In this document: positions 40,001-46,184 of the stretch, one piece after another | Numbering within the stretch: the stretch's first letter is position 1 | How the letters are laid out: every line of letters starts with the position of its first letter | Assembly: GCA_963813815.1 (NCBI GenBank) | Contig: CAWFAD010000012.1 | Coordinates: 128,001-192,000, forward strand | Direction: 5' to 3' | From: an uncultured bacterium | GTDB lineage: Bacteria; Krumholzibacteriota; Krumholzibacteriia; Krumholzibacteriales; Krumholzibacteriaceae | DNA length: 64,000 nt | Notes under the pieces: model-generated | Seen by the model: the letters and a program-made list of their open reading frames with translations, nothing else | What the model was told of the DNA's origin: nothing | Database searches by the model: none | Translations under genes and position numbers: made by a program

Positions 40001-42950
40001 CCTCCGCCACCGTCGACGCCACGCTCCCCACCGCCACCCCACTCGCGTTCGTCACCGCACCCGGCTGCCGTACGTCGTTCCCGCTCCCCGTGCACTCGAG
40101 CGCCACGACGCTCCCCGAGATCGGGTTCCCCTGCCCGTCTCGAACAGTCACCGTCACAACGATCGAGTCCACCCCGTCAGCCGTCGCCGTCGTCTTGCTC
40201 ACCGCAATGTCCGACACCGACGGATCAAACGGACCCGTCACAAAGCTCACCGCCACCTGCTCCGTCAGATATATCCCGTTCGCTCGAGCGCGTATCGTCT
40301 TGCCCTCCGCCACCGTCGACGCCACGCTCCCCACCGCCACCCCACTCGCGTTCGTCACCGCACCCGGCTGCCGTACGTCGTTCCCGCTCCCCGTGCACTC
40401 GAGCGCCACGACGCTCCCCGAGATCGGGTTCCCCTGCCCGTCCCGAACAGTCACCGTCACAACGATCGAGTCCACCCCGTCCGCCGTCGCCGTCGTCTTG
40501 CTCACCGCAATGTCCGACACCGACGGATCAAACGGACCCGTCACAAAGCTCACCGCCACGAGCTCCGTCAGATATATCCCGTTCGCTCGAGCGCGTATCG
40601 TCTTGCCCTCCGCCACCGTCGACGCCACGCTCCCCACCGCCACCCCACTCGCGTTCGTCACCGCACCCGGCTGCCGTATGTCGTTCCCGCTCCCCGTGCA
40701 CTCGAGCGCCACGACGCTCCCCGAGATCGGGTTCCCCTGCCCGTCTCGAACAGTCACCGTCACAACGATCGAGTCCACCCCGTCAGCCGTCGCCGTCGTC
40801 TTGCTCACCGCAATGTCCGACACCGACGGATCAAACGGACCCGTCATAAAGCTCACCGCCACCTGCTCCGTCAGATATATCCCGTTCGCTCGAGCGCGTA
40901 TCGTCTTGCCCTCCGCCACCGTCGACGCCACGCTCCCCACCGCCACCCCACTCGCGTTCGTCACCGCACCCGGCTGCCGTATGTCGTTCCCGCTCCCCGT
41001 GCACTCGAGCGCCACGACGCTCCCCGAGATCGGGTTCCCCTCCCCGTCCCGAACAGTCACCGTCACAACGATCGAGTCCACCCCGTCCGCCGTCGCCGTC
41101 GTCTTGCTCACCGCGATGTCCGACACCGACGGATCAAACGGACCCGTCACAAAGCTCACCGCCACGAGCTCCGTCAGATATATCCCGTTCGCTCGAGCGC
41201 GTATCGTCTTGCCCTCCGCCACCGTCGACGCCACGCTCCCCACCGCCACCCCACTCGCGTTCGTCACCGCACCCGGCTGCCGTATGTCGTTCCCGCTCCC
41301 CGTGCACTCGAGCGCCACGACGCTCCCCGAGATCGGGTTCCCCTCCCCATCCCGAACAGTCACCGTCACAACGATCGAGTCCACCCCGTCCGCCGTCGCC
41401 GTCGTCTTGCTCACCGCGATGTCCGACACCGACGGATCAAACGGACCCGCCACGAAGACCGCCTCGAGGTCATGGGCGACGTATATACCTCCGCTCGAGG
41501 CAGTGACCGTCTTGCTCTCGGCCACGAGCGAGCGAATCGAGCCGCTCGCGAGACCGTTCACGTCCGTCGCTGCGGCGGGCTGGATGATCGTGTTGCCGCT
41601 TCCCGTCGCCTCGAATGCGACGGTCGCCCCCTCGATGCCGTTCGAAAACTCGTCGAGGATATGCGCGGCGAGCGGAACGGAATCGACCCCGTCCGCGACG
41701 GCGCTCGGGTCGCTCGAGACGATATCCGAAACTACCGGATCGTATGGGGCGTGATCGATGTAGATCGCGGCGGAGGCGGCCTCGAGCGTCGGAAAGACCC
41801 CGTCCTGATCGAGCAGGCCGAGGATGTAGGGAATGACGAGCTCCTTCAGGGTGTTGCGATAGTCGAGAGAGATGGAATACGAGCCGCTCGGAATAACGAT
41901 CTGCGCGATCGGAGTCGAGTGATCGCCCGTCGTGTAAAAGCTCCCCGGCTGGCCGAAAAGCGAGATGGTCTGGCTGCTCGAAACAGGGCTCGGGTTGCCG
42001 AAGGCGTCCTCCACGAGCAGCCGGTACCTCACGTAGTCGCCCGCGACGGCGAGCGTATCCGCCGGCGCAACGAGGAGACGGAATGGCGTGCCGGGCAGGA
42101 CGGTGATGCTCTGCTGCGGGTCGGCCCAATCCTGCCCCACTGCCGATGCCGTGATGGTCTTGACGCCCGCGACCGTATCGCGATAGTAGAAAGAGACGGT
42201 ATCGGTTCCAACCGCAATCGTCACCGTATCGGTATCCGAAAAGCCCGCGCCCCCGAGATGCGAGAATCGTCCGGTAGGGGCGCTCGACGAAAGATACACG
42301 TCCAGATCCGCGGAAACGGGCGTTGAGTTCCCAAAGGCATCCACGGAGGAGAGACGAATCACGCTGCTTTCCGAGTCAGCCGGAAAGACGCGCGGCGGAG
42401 TGACGAACGCGATCCCCGCGGTCGGGCCGCCCACGACGACATCGAGGGTCGGCGACGATGCGATGGGCACCCGAGGGCCCGGAGTGTTGGGATCTGAGCG
42501 CACCAGGAAAGGGACGTTGCTCTCGGGATAGGTCTGCGCCCTCGCCGCGCCGCCCGGATTCACTGAAACGTCGCCGTATATGACCGCCACCGTCTGCCCC
42601 AAGCCGAGGGTCGTAATGTTGACGATAATGCTTTGCCCCGAGATCGTGATAGCCGGCGTTCCGAGAGTCCCGGCCGTCGAAGCCCTCACGTAGCCAGCCA
42701 CCAATGAGCTCAATATTTGCGGCGGACTCCATCCATCGGGAATAACGACCTCGATCGAGCCGACGGAGAATGTCTCCGCGCTCGTGTAAGTAATGGTCCA
42801 CGTGCCATACGTGCCGACTATGACATCCGCCGACGGGCTGATGACGGCCGTGCCCGATCCCTCGGCGGCCCGAGCGCCAGGCCCGGCGAGCGCCGAGAGG
42901 ACGAGCAACGCAATGAGCAGCGGAATGATTCTGGGGAATTGTTTTTTCAT
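28086..42950 (-). CDS. Giant (~4954 aa) secreted Ig-like (Big_1/invasin-type) repeat surface protein with C-terminal FlgD-Ig/T9SS-like domain
   Basis: Uninterrupted ORF; signal peptide MKKQFPRIIPLLIALLVLSALAGPGARA; TADG...VTVRDxxGNP Big_1 repeats; C-terminal HNYPNPF...IYDLAG...WDGRNARGETVRNGVY. Confidence 0.9.
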   Translation of the reverse strand: MKKQFPRIIPLLIALLVLSALAGPGARAAEGSGTAVISPSADVIVGTYGTWTITYTSAETFSVGSIEVVIPDGWSPPQILSSLVAGYVRASTAGTLGTPAITISGQSIIVNITTLGLGQTVAVIYGDVSVNPGGAARAQTYPESNVPFLVRSDPNTPGPRVPIASSPTLDVVVGGPTAGIAFVTPPRVFPADSESSVIRLSSVDAFGNSTPVSADLDVYLSSSAPTGRFSHLGGAGFSDTDTVTIAVGTDTVSFYYRDTVAGVKTITASAVGQDWADPQQSITVLPGTPFRLLVAPADTLAVAGDYVRYRLLVEDAFGNPSPVSSSQTISLFGQPGSFYTTGDHSTPIAQIVIPSGSYSISLDYRNTLKELVIPYILGLLDQDGVFPTLEAASAAIYIDHAPYDPVVSDIVSSDPSAVADGVDSVPLAAHILDEFSNGIEGATVAFEATGSGNTIIQPAAATDVNGLASGSIRSLVAESKTVTASSGGIYVAHDLEAVFVAGPFDPSVSDIAVSKTTATADGVDSIVVTVTVRDGEGNPISGSVVALECTGSGNDIRQPGAVTNASGVAVGSVASTVAEGKTIRARANGIYLTELVAVSFVTGPFDPSVSDIAVSKTTATADGVDSIVVTVTVRDGEGNPISGSVVALECTGSGNDIRQPGAVTNASGVAVGSVASTVAEGKTIRARANGIYLTEQVAVSFMTGPFDPSVSDIAVSKTTATADGVDSIVVTVTVRDGQGNPISGSVVALECTGSGNDIRQPGAVTNASGVAVGSVASTVAEGKTIRARANGIYLTELVAVSFVTGPFDPSVSDIAVSKTTATADGVDSIVVTVTVRDGQGNPISGSVVALECTGSGNDVRQPGAVTNASGVAVGSVASTVAEGKTIRARANGIYLTEQVAVSFVTGPFDPSVSDIAVSKTTATADGVDSIVVTVTVRDGQGNPISGSVVALECTGSGNDVRQPGAVTNASGVAVGSVASTVAEGKTIRARANGIYLTELVAVSFVTGPFDPSVSDIAVSKTTATADGVDSIVVTVTVRDGEGNPISGSVVALECTGSGNDVRQPGAVTNASGVAVGSVASTVAEGKTIRARANGIYLTEQVVVSFVTGPFDPSVSDIAVSKTTATADGVDSIVVTVTVRDGQGNPISGSVVALECTGSGNDVRQPGAVTNASGVAVGSVASTVAEGKTIRARANGIYLTELVAVSFVTGPFDPSVSDIAVSKTTATADGVDSIVVTVTVRDGQGNPISGSVVALECTGTENSIRQPGSLTDALGRAVGSVKSTAAEGKTISALVDAVYLVESIPVSFVTGPFDPSVSDIAVSKTTATADGVDSIVVTVTVRDGQGNPISGKAVTIVCTGTENSIRQPGSLTDVLGRAVGSVKSTAAEGKTIRALVDAVYLAESIPVTFAAGPFSPDVSDLDVSKTTITADGADSVLVTVTVRDGEGNPISGSVVALECTGSGNDIRQPVGLTGPDGLARGGVKSTVAETKTIRARVDGALVTAGAAVSFVPGPFDPVVSEIQVDKTAIIADGADAVIVTVYVRDADSNPIPGVLVTLECTGSGNTIAQPSVVTGADGRAAGSVRSTVAEIKSIRARAGGALLDDVVPVAFTAGALHHFIVTHGGTATAGVPAAVSIDARDANNNKLTSFAGTVKVYPVRAAAADEATWGLGNAAGFIVSEAGDTVTYQFVSIDGGDAELLITDRLAESITIAAASGGVSSASATALAVSPAGADRVYAVSGDGQRAVVNTPVPLQLVVAVEDAFGNRVPGVTVAFAATAGGGAIDASVALAGVQTTAVTGGAGTASCEYWRLGTVAGLNTNEATAAISTGTVREAVFTATTDHGPVASVALAPASKPVTVNTETTVTATLRDGFNNLVFNENVTIYIKDTPADGYLSAAAGSTTEELTLSMRRGTSDSTGTVSVTYHAPASAGAQDAIDAYTNTVSSASVVDAVYSSVSSGATDLRATVLAGATSQAGITFSFVVEAVDGNGNRDLANSSRILLQASVDGGFSFSLSDFGATITEADLASGAVIIYGRGTRAGSWQIDALDEAAVLAPAQIPILIVANDVVSSYVVTAPAAAVAGAEFAVTAEARDLYGNRVASAGYTVDFRAVEASDSTQTASSALSPASGTLVNGLFAGANFRYTVAEPIRVEVSSVSNAVKGYSGAVSVGNAAAYQLVKIGGDSSGVAVGDSVRLAARVLDAYGNTVDGHSVFFTVQEGGGAISSPLAVSDAAGVARAWFRTDTLCGTNRARAAILDASPEGLETQGFTVTTVPRSAIDRVALSLPGTSFTAGEMFTCEVAAYDVYGNLIDTDSSTGLRAVAERASIDFTPDVMTLLAGVSSFTAFDSTAGANRIAVLSLAGDTLAPWSAEIAIEPAAAYRVVEVNGDTSGVIAGASVDLRARVTDRYGNAAPDEIVRFQVTSDLGGSPVLWDGTGAANDGLVLTDAGGAALCALTTDANAGVNSVSASILDASPPLLEQVVFDVGTIAGTIARFDVIPDGFAKKAGESFAVEIIAYDGYGNEAFDDDTTRVLLASDGSATFAVNPVTLSAGRATASARDTVAELLVLRARTLAGGATSYSGTITVSPEAPSGAIGIATVIPDTITANGTSTSAISTGAIRDVYGNVVAPGTLVRVTASAGTVISEDKDPSTPLTVERQTEASGAVSVFVRSATSPAVSTVEFQSVTGSAVGSVAVVFAPAPVCLYAGYLAPRHLLPTEPAQFRCSTSNTSPTGTYLSTATTISFADSLGHVYEAHLAAPAFLRGSATDTLDFQTVVVPAGLLGGTYTPRVALAGNDIYGFSYRGEFSAGSNSVSVSDVDILQVVSEKAIVSRGDTFTVDVRVRNGGGSTVSVIDITLKFANGFYGMAGDWNPPLPDDLAPGAERLYRHDIFALGYSPLGFDTIDASITAQANGSQVQDQTAYPNVSVIFVQAAASLSYVASTLDPDTVSRGQTHSFSLSVRNAGDAALILDPSETRLSFTDGADAVSVPLGYAGAIPGNTATALVFPPVSVPTAMDAGSWPVAVRLRGTENGGFFDTTLVLSDEMRVVDPAAVSYVIGTLAPAVVSKQSDVSFGVGVANSGGASVLCDPDSTWFTFTDGSLTYAASLDATRGRTIDPGVATLYFRAAVVPSDMAVGSYPPSLAIGGSENGLRFASIFALADSVGVQEPSQLAITSTTVLPAPMVTADQATPWFASVQVRNNGGATVRLESFSMRLLAGPVDVTGECILAPLDFTPNVDSLLGGETRAILVRLDDNPSGAMTTGTIVIESALAGRDLNSGASLLATTEYGGKGSYLVQTPASLVFAAVTASTDTVTALQTKDWFCDVAVRNAGQSDLGLDLDPAASFIAFSTSGDFIVVPPVELAGGGVVLEGGSTDTLRWRIDRSGSVAGPCVVESTVRGTELTSGRIISLASGDQGISGDVLVQTPAALAISRITPLQNPVTVSQDRAWSVEMEVRNTGQSDAALELGRIDSTRVVIPGGSGFVIDNPLALVEGGTVLRGGAAGRLVFTVSTTGMISPGTLALAGSVLAVETTSDRHVFASRAAPEDTVTFELPPDPSYVTGSLAPLAASSGTSVSFEAAIAADAGLRSTLTLDRSATTLSFGDADGDTVRTSLSDVSPNVLPSASQQTLLFDAALVDVALSLGRHAAFIRLVGEENGNPFSTVLPLSPDSVLVEQAPQLGISGIVTPQSVTRSQTEPWNVWMKLRNSGEASVSLDLAAAKTFLTFTIVGVGDRTYEYTVVRPAALSGIGGAILPGGAVDSLLFTVTSTGSTPGIALVNGTVTGTDVNSNLTVSDDTYSGGFSHVMVELPGDPAVVSSAPSRATVTSAQTTPWQIACEVCNAGEADLTLIPDSARVYRDEGLPLAHARPPAFVEGGLDLPGGECRHLVFSVSPTPEIPAGADIELHADVELVENNNGVHRSYDTRLDGSGSGSIRVQAQARLAVALAATAAPRAPYVDSGQQFVVVAEVANGGEARVENVGVALEGSGSSAIADTLVFIDAIAGFASASDTFLVTADGEGSEIFTARIRSAVDANSGESDYVLFDAAVDDTALAVIQRPAALVVTAVTPSQEAVNAGQTIEWTIDVGVRNDGEAPLEIDAAASDDLAFSIDGVSVGGYLVIAPETFVSGASPLVLEGGAADTLLYRIAATGRDTGSVDIAATLGWIDGNEPEAPRPPASGSGSVLVRPPSGLRIVAVTSDAPNNASFANTSIVNTGQTFNLTVRVENTGGDDLDSVLVRLATSGVSGTLVEGDSLAYMPSRTERDFVYAVTAAPSSAVEYLRASIVKAVSVNTGEPVTPAEAVESIENLRIETAALLACGASITSPAGAIDDTLSTGQIFVVTVLVENAGEAAIDTTGRVTLALPVSMSLADPADPLTRRFDAGAPLEWTLVAPAAPSLDTLRASISSVPNDINIGSPAAIQTAESRIVARTEEAGGIAECSVSVAAPAGAVDGVLSTDQEFVARVALVPSVNADSVWAELSAPAGYAVAGDMIKFVGAGAGELVTLDWTVRAPSIAAPVDTLVGRAGGVDANSGERLPVRRVVFAVRAVEKAALALAGRISGPDGALDGILSVNQSFTIEATAANAGEAGVDTAGARIELVLPSGQNYDLDGAGETYRKPFYPGEPVAWNVRAPAEPTSPGNLQIRFVEPLAEDVNTNLACAVTTGEVFLPVQTETGAVRMLNLSSLDTIPPVVVPQGAAGVPIMRAEFENTSGYTIGLDTLYVAIKDGTGRLVSPPSRRVSGVALVAGGVRFEAAVSEANPVPIVAGHAFEVVPGAADTLLLTADIAANAPAGEIRFEIEESADVVFSITLEGGGAGSRVGVVDDQGGDIAGSFLSGPLTVLSARFEDYVHNYPNPFAAGSQETRICYFLLEDAAVSIRIYDLAGILVWTKEIASGEEGGTGSADGIMHEIPWDGRNARGETVRNGVYLCKVEAGSQSALFKIAVAK
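38115..41750 (-). repeat. Tandem array of about 12 x 303-bp (101-aa) Big_1 units; 7 near-identical units at 39327-41447
   Basis: GGATCAAACGG recurs every 303 bp from ~39010 to ~41434. Protein unit GPFDPSVSDIAVSKTTATADGVDS...VSFVT. Confidence 0.95.
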
Positions 42951-43000
42951 CTTTCGAATCCGGCTCCCGGCCCTGTTTTCGCAGCTGATTCGGAAAATTC

Positions 43001-43016
43001 GCAAGGTGTGTGCCAA
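43001..43016 (-). promoter_or_regulatory. Sigma54 (-24/-12) promoter of the giant-protein operon
   Basis: TTGGCAC-ACACC-TTGC matches TGGCAC-N5-TTGC exactly, 50 nt upstream of ATG 42950. Confidence 0.75.
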
Positions 43017-43416
43017 CACCCCGTTAACTGCTGAAACGCCGGGAAAAGGGCCCGGGCTTTCAGGGAAGACGGCTCGCCGCGAGAATCTCCGAATGCCACT
43101 GAGCATCGTAACTGATTCCGGGACAAGCAGTTAACACCATTCCTTGGAGCTGGTTCGAAGCGGCGTAATCCCTCTTCGCCGCGGACTTCACCGGATGAAC
43201 GATCCGCGGCGTCCGCTATCACGGCCCGGCATCGCCACACGCTGAAAATAGCAAACTCCCGGGCAAATCGCAACACCGCCGCCATTCTTAACTTTTTGAA
43301 ATATCGATTATTATGCGGCTCCGCGCAGCCGCCGGAGCGCTCCGGCGGAGGCCGCCGGCCGTGCAGCCGACCGAATGAATTCCGCCGCGGAGAGCGGAGC
43401 TCGAAGGCCCGCTCGA

Positions 43417-43809
43417 TCACGGTCCGACCACGACCACGGAATTGTACCCCCCGAAGCCGTCCTTTTCGCGCTCGGGGTTGCCCGGGTCAGGAAGCCATCT
43501 CTCTCCGTCGACAACGTACTTGTATTCGTACCGGCCGGGCCCGAGCGGAAGCACGACCGTCCACAGCCCGGTCCCTTCTCGATCGAAGAGCGGATCCGCG
43601 CCGGGCGACCATCCGTTGAAATCGCCCGCGATCGCCACCCTCTGAACCTTGGGCAAATAGAGGCTGAAGCGCGTCCCCCCCTCGACGGGCTCCGGTCCGG
43701 CGGCGCCGCCGCCTTGGCCGATGCCGGGATATCCCGTGCCGCACGCGGGCAGAAGCGCCGCGGCGATCACGACGAGAGCAAGAGCCAGTTTCTTCGGCGT
43801 TCGTTTCAT
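43417..43809 (-). CDS. CBM48 (glycogen-binding, AMPK-beta-like) lipoprotein
   Basis: Lipobox LPAC; VAIAGDFNGW...GRYEYKYVVDG..WLPDP...DGFGGYNS. Confidence 0.85.
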   Translation of the reverse strand: MKRTPKKLALALVVIAAALLPACGTGYPGIGQGGGAAGPEPVEGGTRFSLYLPKVQRVAIAGDFNGWSPGADPLFDREGTGLWTVVLPLGPGRYEYKYVVDGERWLPDPGNPEREKDGFGGYNSVVVVGP

Positions 43810-43812
43810 GAT

Positions 43813-44220
43813 TCACGGCACGATGAGCAGGTTCGCCTTTCCTCCTCTCCCGTCATCCACGATCCGCGGGTTATCCGGATCGAAAAGCCATTCCGACTCG
43901 TTCAGGAGAAATCGATAGCGATAGCGGCCCGGCTCGAGGCGCACCGTGATCTCCCAGACCCCGTCCTCCTCCGCGTTCTTCATGAGACCGACGAGAACCT
44001 CTCCCCCTTCCGCGTCGCCGCGCGCCCAGTTGTTGCCCGCCCAGTCTCCCGCGATCTGGACGGTTCGGGCCGAGGGGCTCTTCACGCGGAAGGTGATCTC
44101 GTCCCCCGATATCACGGGCGAGGCGACGCGGCGTTCGAGCAGGCCTCCGCATGAGCCCGCCGCGCCGATCAAGGCCAGGAGGGCGCCGATCGCCAACCCA
44201 ATCGACGTTCCGATGCGCAT
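43813..44220 (-). CDS. CBM48 (glycogen-binding) lipoprotein
   Basis: Lipobox AGSC; VQIAGDW...GVWEI..LEPGRYRYRF..WLFDPDNP...GGKANLL. Confidence 0.8.
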   Translation of the reverse strand: MRIGTSIGLAIGALLALIGAAGSCGGLLERRVASPVISGDEITFRVKSPSARTVQIAGDWAGNNWARGDAEGGEVLVGLMKNAEEDGVWEITVRLEPGRYRYRFLLNESEWLFDPDNPRIVDDGRGGKANLLIVP

Positions 44221-44226
44221 GAGCCG

Positions 44227-44255
44227 ATTATACTCCGGCGTCGTCAGAATGTAAA
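44227..44255 (-). promoter_or_regulatory. Sigma70 promoter, probably producing a leaderless mRNA
   Basis: TTTACA-N17-TATAAT with the ATG only 6 nt downstream. Confidence 0.65.
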
Positions 44256-46184
44256 ACCCGCTTGCAGGGTCACGAGCCAGTCGTCCGCGAGCGCCTCCTC
44301 GGCGTCGAGCAACCTTCTCACGGCCGCCTGCTCCCCCAGCGCGGCGAGGACGCCGAACGGGTTACGCTCCTCGAGGTAACGCTCGCGCCCCCATGCGGCA
44401 TAATCCCACAGCCATCGATCGAACGCATAGGGGGCGACGCCGCACCCGACGAGGCACCAGCAGGAGGAGGCGATCTTCGCGTGCAGCCCGAGAAACGCAG
44501 CGACAAAATCGCCCCGAGTCTCGCCGTAGCCATAGGATACCCCGCGCATGTCCAGAATGAGCGCGGCGCGCGGGTGAACGAACGTTCCATTCGACAAACG
44601 GACCTCGACCGTGCGCGGGGAATACACCCCCGCGCCCGAGCGGTGTCTGACATCCACGGCCGTGCCGGATCCCCAGGAAAGACCGTCGAACGGCTCCCGT
44701 CTCCAGGCGAGCGACATATGGATCTCGCGCAGCTCGCGCGAGGAGAGGAACGGCAGCCGGTCGAGCGTGACGCCGTCGCCGTCGAGCCAGAAATTCTCCG
44801 CCGACAGCCACCAGCGGTTCCCGGCGCCCGAGGCGCCGTAGATCTCGATCTCGCCCGCGAGCGTCGCCTCGAACGCTCCCCCTTCGTACGAGATCTCGCC
44901 GCCGACATTCTCCCTGGTATGCTCCGGGGCGACGGCGGCGAGCTCCTCTATCACGTCGCGCGCGAACGTCGCGCGCGCGTCCACGCGAGCGCCGTCGCGA
45001 GAGACTCCGACGATGAATCGATATCCTCTCTCCCACTCGCGCTCGATGGACGACGGCGCGAACGTATCGGCGACGGAGGTCAAAGCTGCGGCGGCGATCC
45101 GATCGCTCCCTCCGAGCATGAACGCCCCCTCCAATCGCCAACCCTCCTCTCCTGGAATCTCGATGCGCCCACCCCACATTTCCACCCTTTCGTACCCTCG
45201 GCACATCGTTCCGGCGCTCTCCGGGTCCGGCCACGCCCCCGCCATCGTCCTTCGGTCGAGACGGTACAGGGCCTGGAGCCGGGCCGAACCGGCCTTCGCC
45301 TCCACCCGCGCGCCGAACGCGTCGGCGTCGAGCATTTCTCTTTTCGCCGACGAATCCCCCGCCGACGCCATTCCCTCGAGCCCGCAGCCGCATCCACCGA
45401 GGCGGTTCGCATAGACGATCCGGGCATCGAGACCCCCGACGAGCCTGCCCGTGAATCCGGCGCCGCGGCTCATGAGCCCGGCAGGGTAATCGTACGGTCC
45501 GATCCGGCCGAAGAGCGGAAGAGCCTCTCCGTCCTCGGCGAGCGCGGAGGCGGACCTATTGAAAAGGTGAATCGTGCGGCCGCCGAAATCGTACGCAGCG
45601 GATCCTCTCGCGAGGAACGAAGCGCCATCGAGGGCTTGCTCATCCCCCGCGCGAGCGTCGAACCCGACGGTGCAATCCATGCTCGCCCGCTCGTCGAACG
45701 AGCCGGCGACGCGGACGGAACCGCCGAGCGTCGCCTCTTCCGGCCGGGCGGCGAGGCGGATCTCCCCGCCGATCCCGATACGCTCGCGCTCACGGGTTCG
45801 CTCGGAGCGGGAGTCGGCGCTGAGCAGGAGCTCGAGACCTCCCGGCGACTCGAGAATCGTAAAGCACGAGTTGCCGTCGGCATCCGCGCAGGGATTATCC
45901 GGATCCGCCGTCGAGACGCCGTCCGCGACGAAGCGGTATCGGTAGGAACCCGGAACGAGATAGAGCCGGATTTCGAAAACGCTGTCGAGGACCGCCATGA
46001 GATCGACCGTCGGGTTCCATCCGTTGAAATCGCCGACGAGGTAGACCCTCGCGGCGCCCTCCGCCCGCAGACGGAACACGACCTCCTCCTCGTCGACCGA
46101 TACGGAAGCGCCGGCCGGCCCCGCCGAGAGGAGGACGATGAGGACGGCCGCGGCTATCGTGCGAAGGGGGTTCACGGCGTTCAC
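44244..46184 (-). CDS. CBM48 domain fused to a probable outer-membrane beta-barrel
   Basis: Signal peptide, VYLVGDFNGW...PGSYRYRFVADG...DPDNP, then amphipathic strands ending QAGFTF (BAM-type terminal Phe). Confidence 0.75.
   Translation of the reverse strand: MNAVNPLRTIAAAVLIVLLSAGPAGASVSVDEEEVVFRLRAEGAARVYLVGDFNGWNPTVDLMAVLDSVFEIRLYLVPGSYRYRFVADGVSTADPDNPCADADGNSCFTILESPGGLELLLSADSRSERTRERERIGIGGEIRLAARPEEATLGGSVRVAGSFDERASMDCTVGFDARAGDEQALDGASFLARGSAAYDFGGRTIHLFNRSASALAEDGEALPLFGRIGPYDYPAGLMSRGAGFTGRLVGGLDARIVYANRLGGCGCGLEGMASAGDSSAKREMLDADAFGARVEAKAGSARLQALYRLDRRTMAGAWPDPESAGTMCRGYERVEMWGGRIEIPGEEGWRLEGAFMLGGSDRIAAAALTSVADTFAPSSIEREWERGYRFIVGVSRDGARVDARATFARDVIEELAAVAPEHTRENVGGEISYEGGAFEATLAGEIEIYGASGAGNRWWLSAENFWLDGDGVTLDRLPFLSSRELREIHMSLAWRREPFDGLSWGSGTAVDVRHRSGAGVYSPRTVEVRLSNGTFVHPRAALILDMRGVSYGYGETRGDFVAAFLGLHAKIASSCWCLVGCGVAPYAFDRWLWDYAAWGRERYLEERNPFGVLAALGEQAAVRRLLDAEEALADDWLVTLQAGFTF

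Noticed and set aside
38721..41447. Possible CRISPR array or non-coding repeat
   Set aside because: Units are 303 bp, contiguous, in frame and have no unique spacers.
36936..42326. 1796-aa and 870-aa plus-strand repetitive ORFs
   Set aside because: Antisense frames of the Big_1 repeat array, open only because the repeat unit lacks stops in those frames.
42951..43106. N-terminal extension of the giant ORF to 43106
   Set aside because: The signal peptide begins at ATG 42950 and the sigma54 motif lies within the supposed extension.
43251..43267. Second sigma54-like motif (TTTGCCCGGGAGTTTGC)
   Set aside because: Lacks the invariant -24 GG.
43140..43416. Riboswitch (e.g. c-di-GMP) upstream of the adhesin
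   Set aside because: Hairpins exist, but no recognisable aptamer consensus was seen and they lie upstream of the predicted TSS. An Rfam/Infernal scan would settle it.
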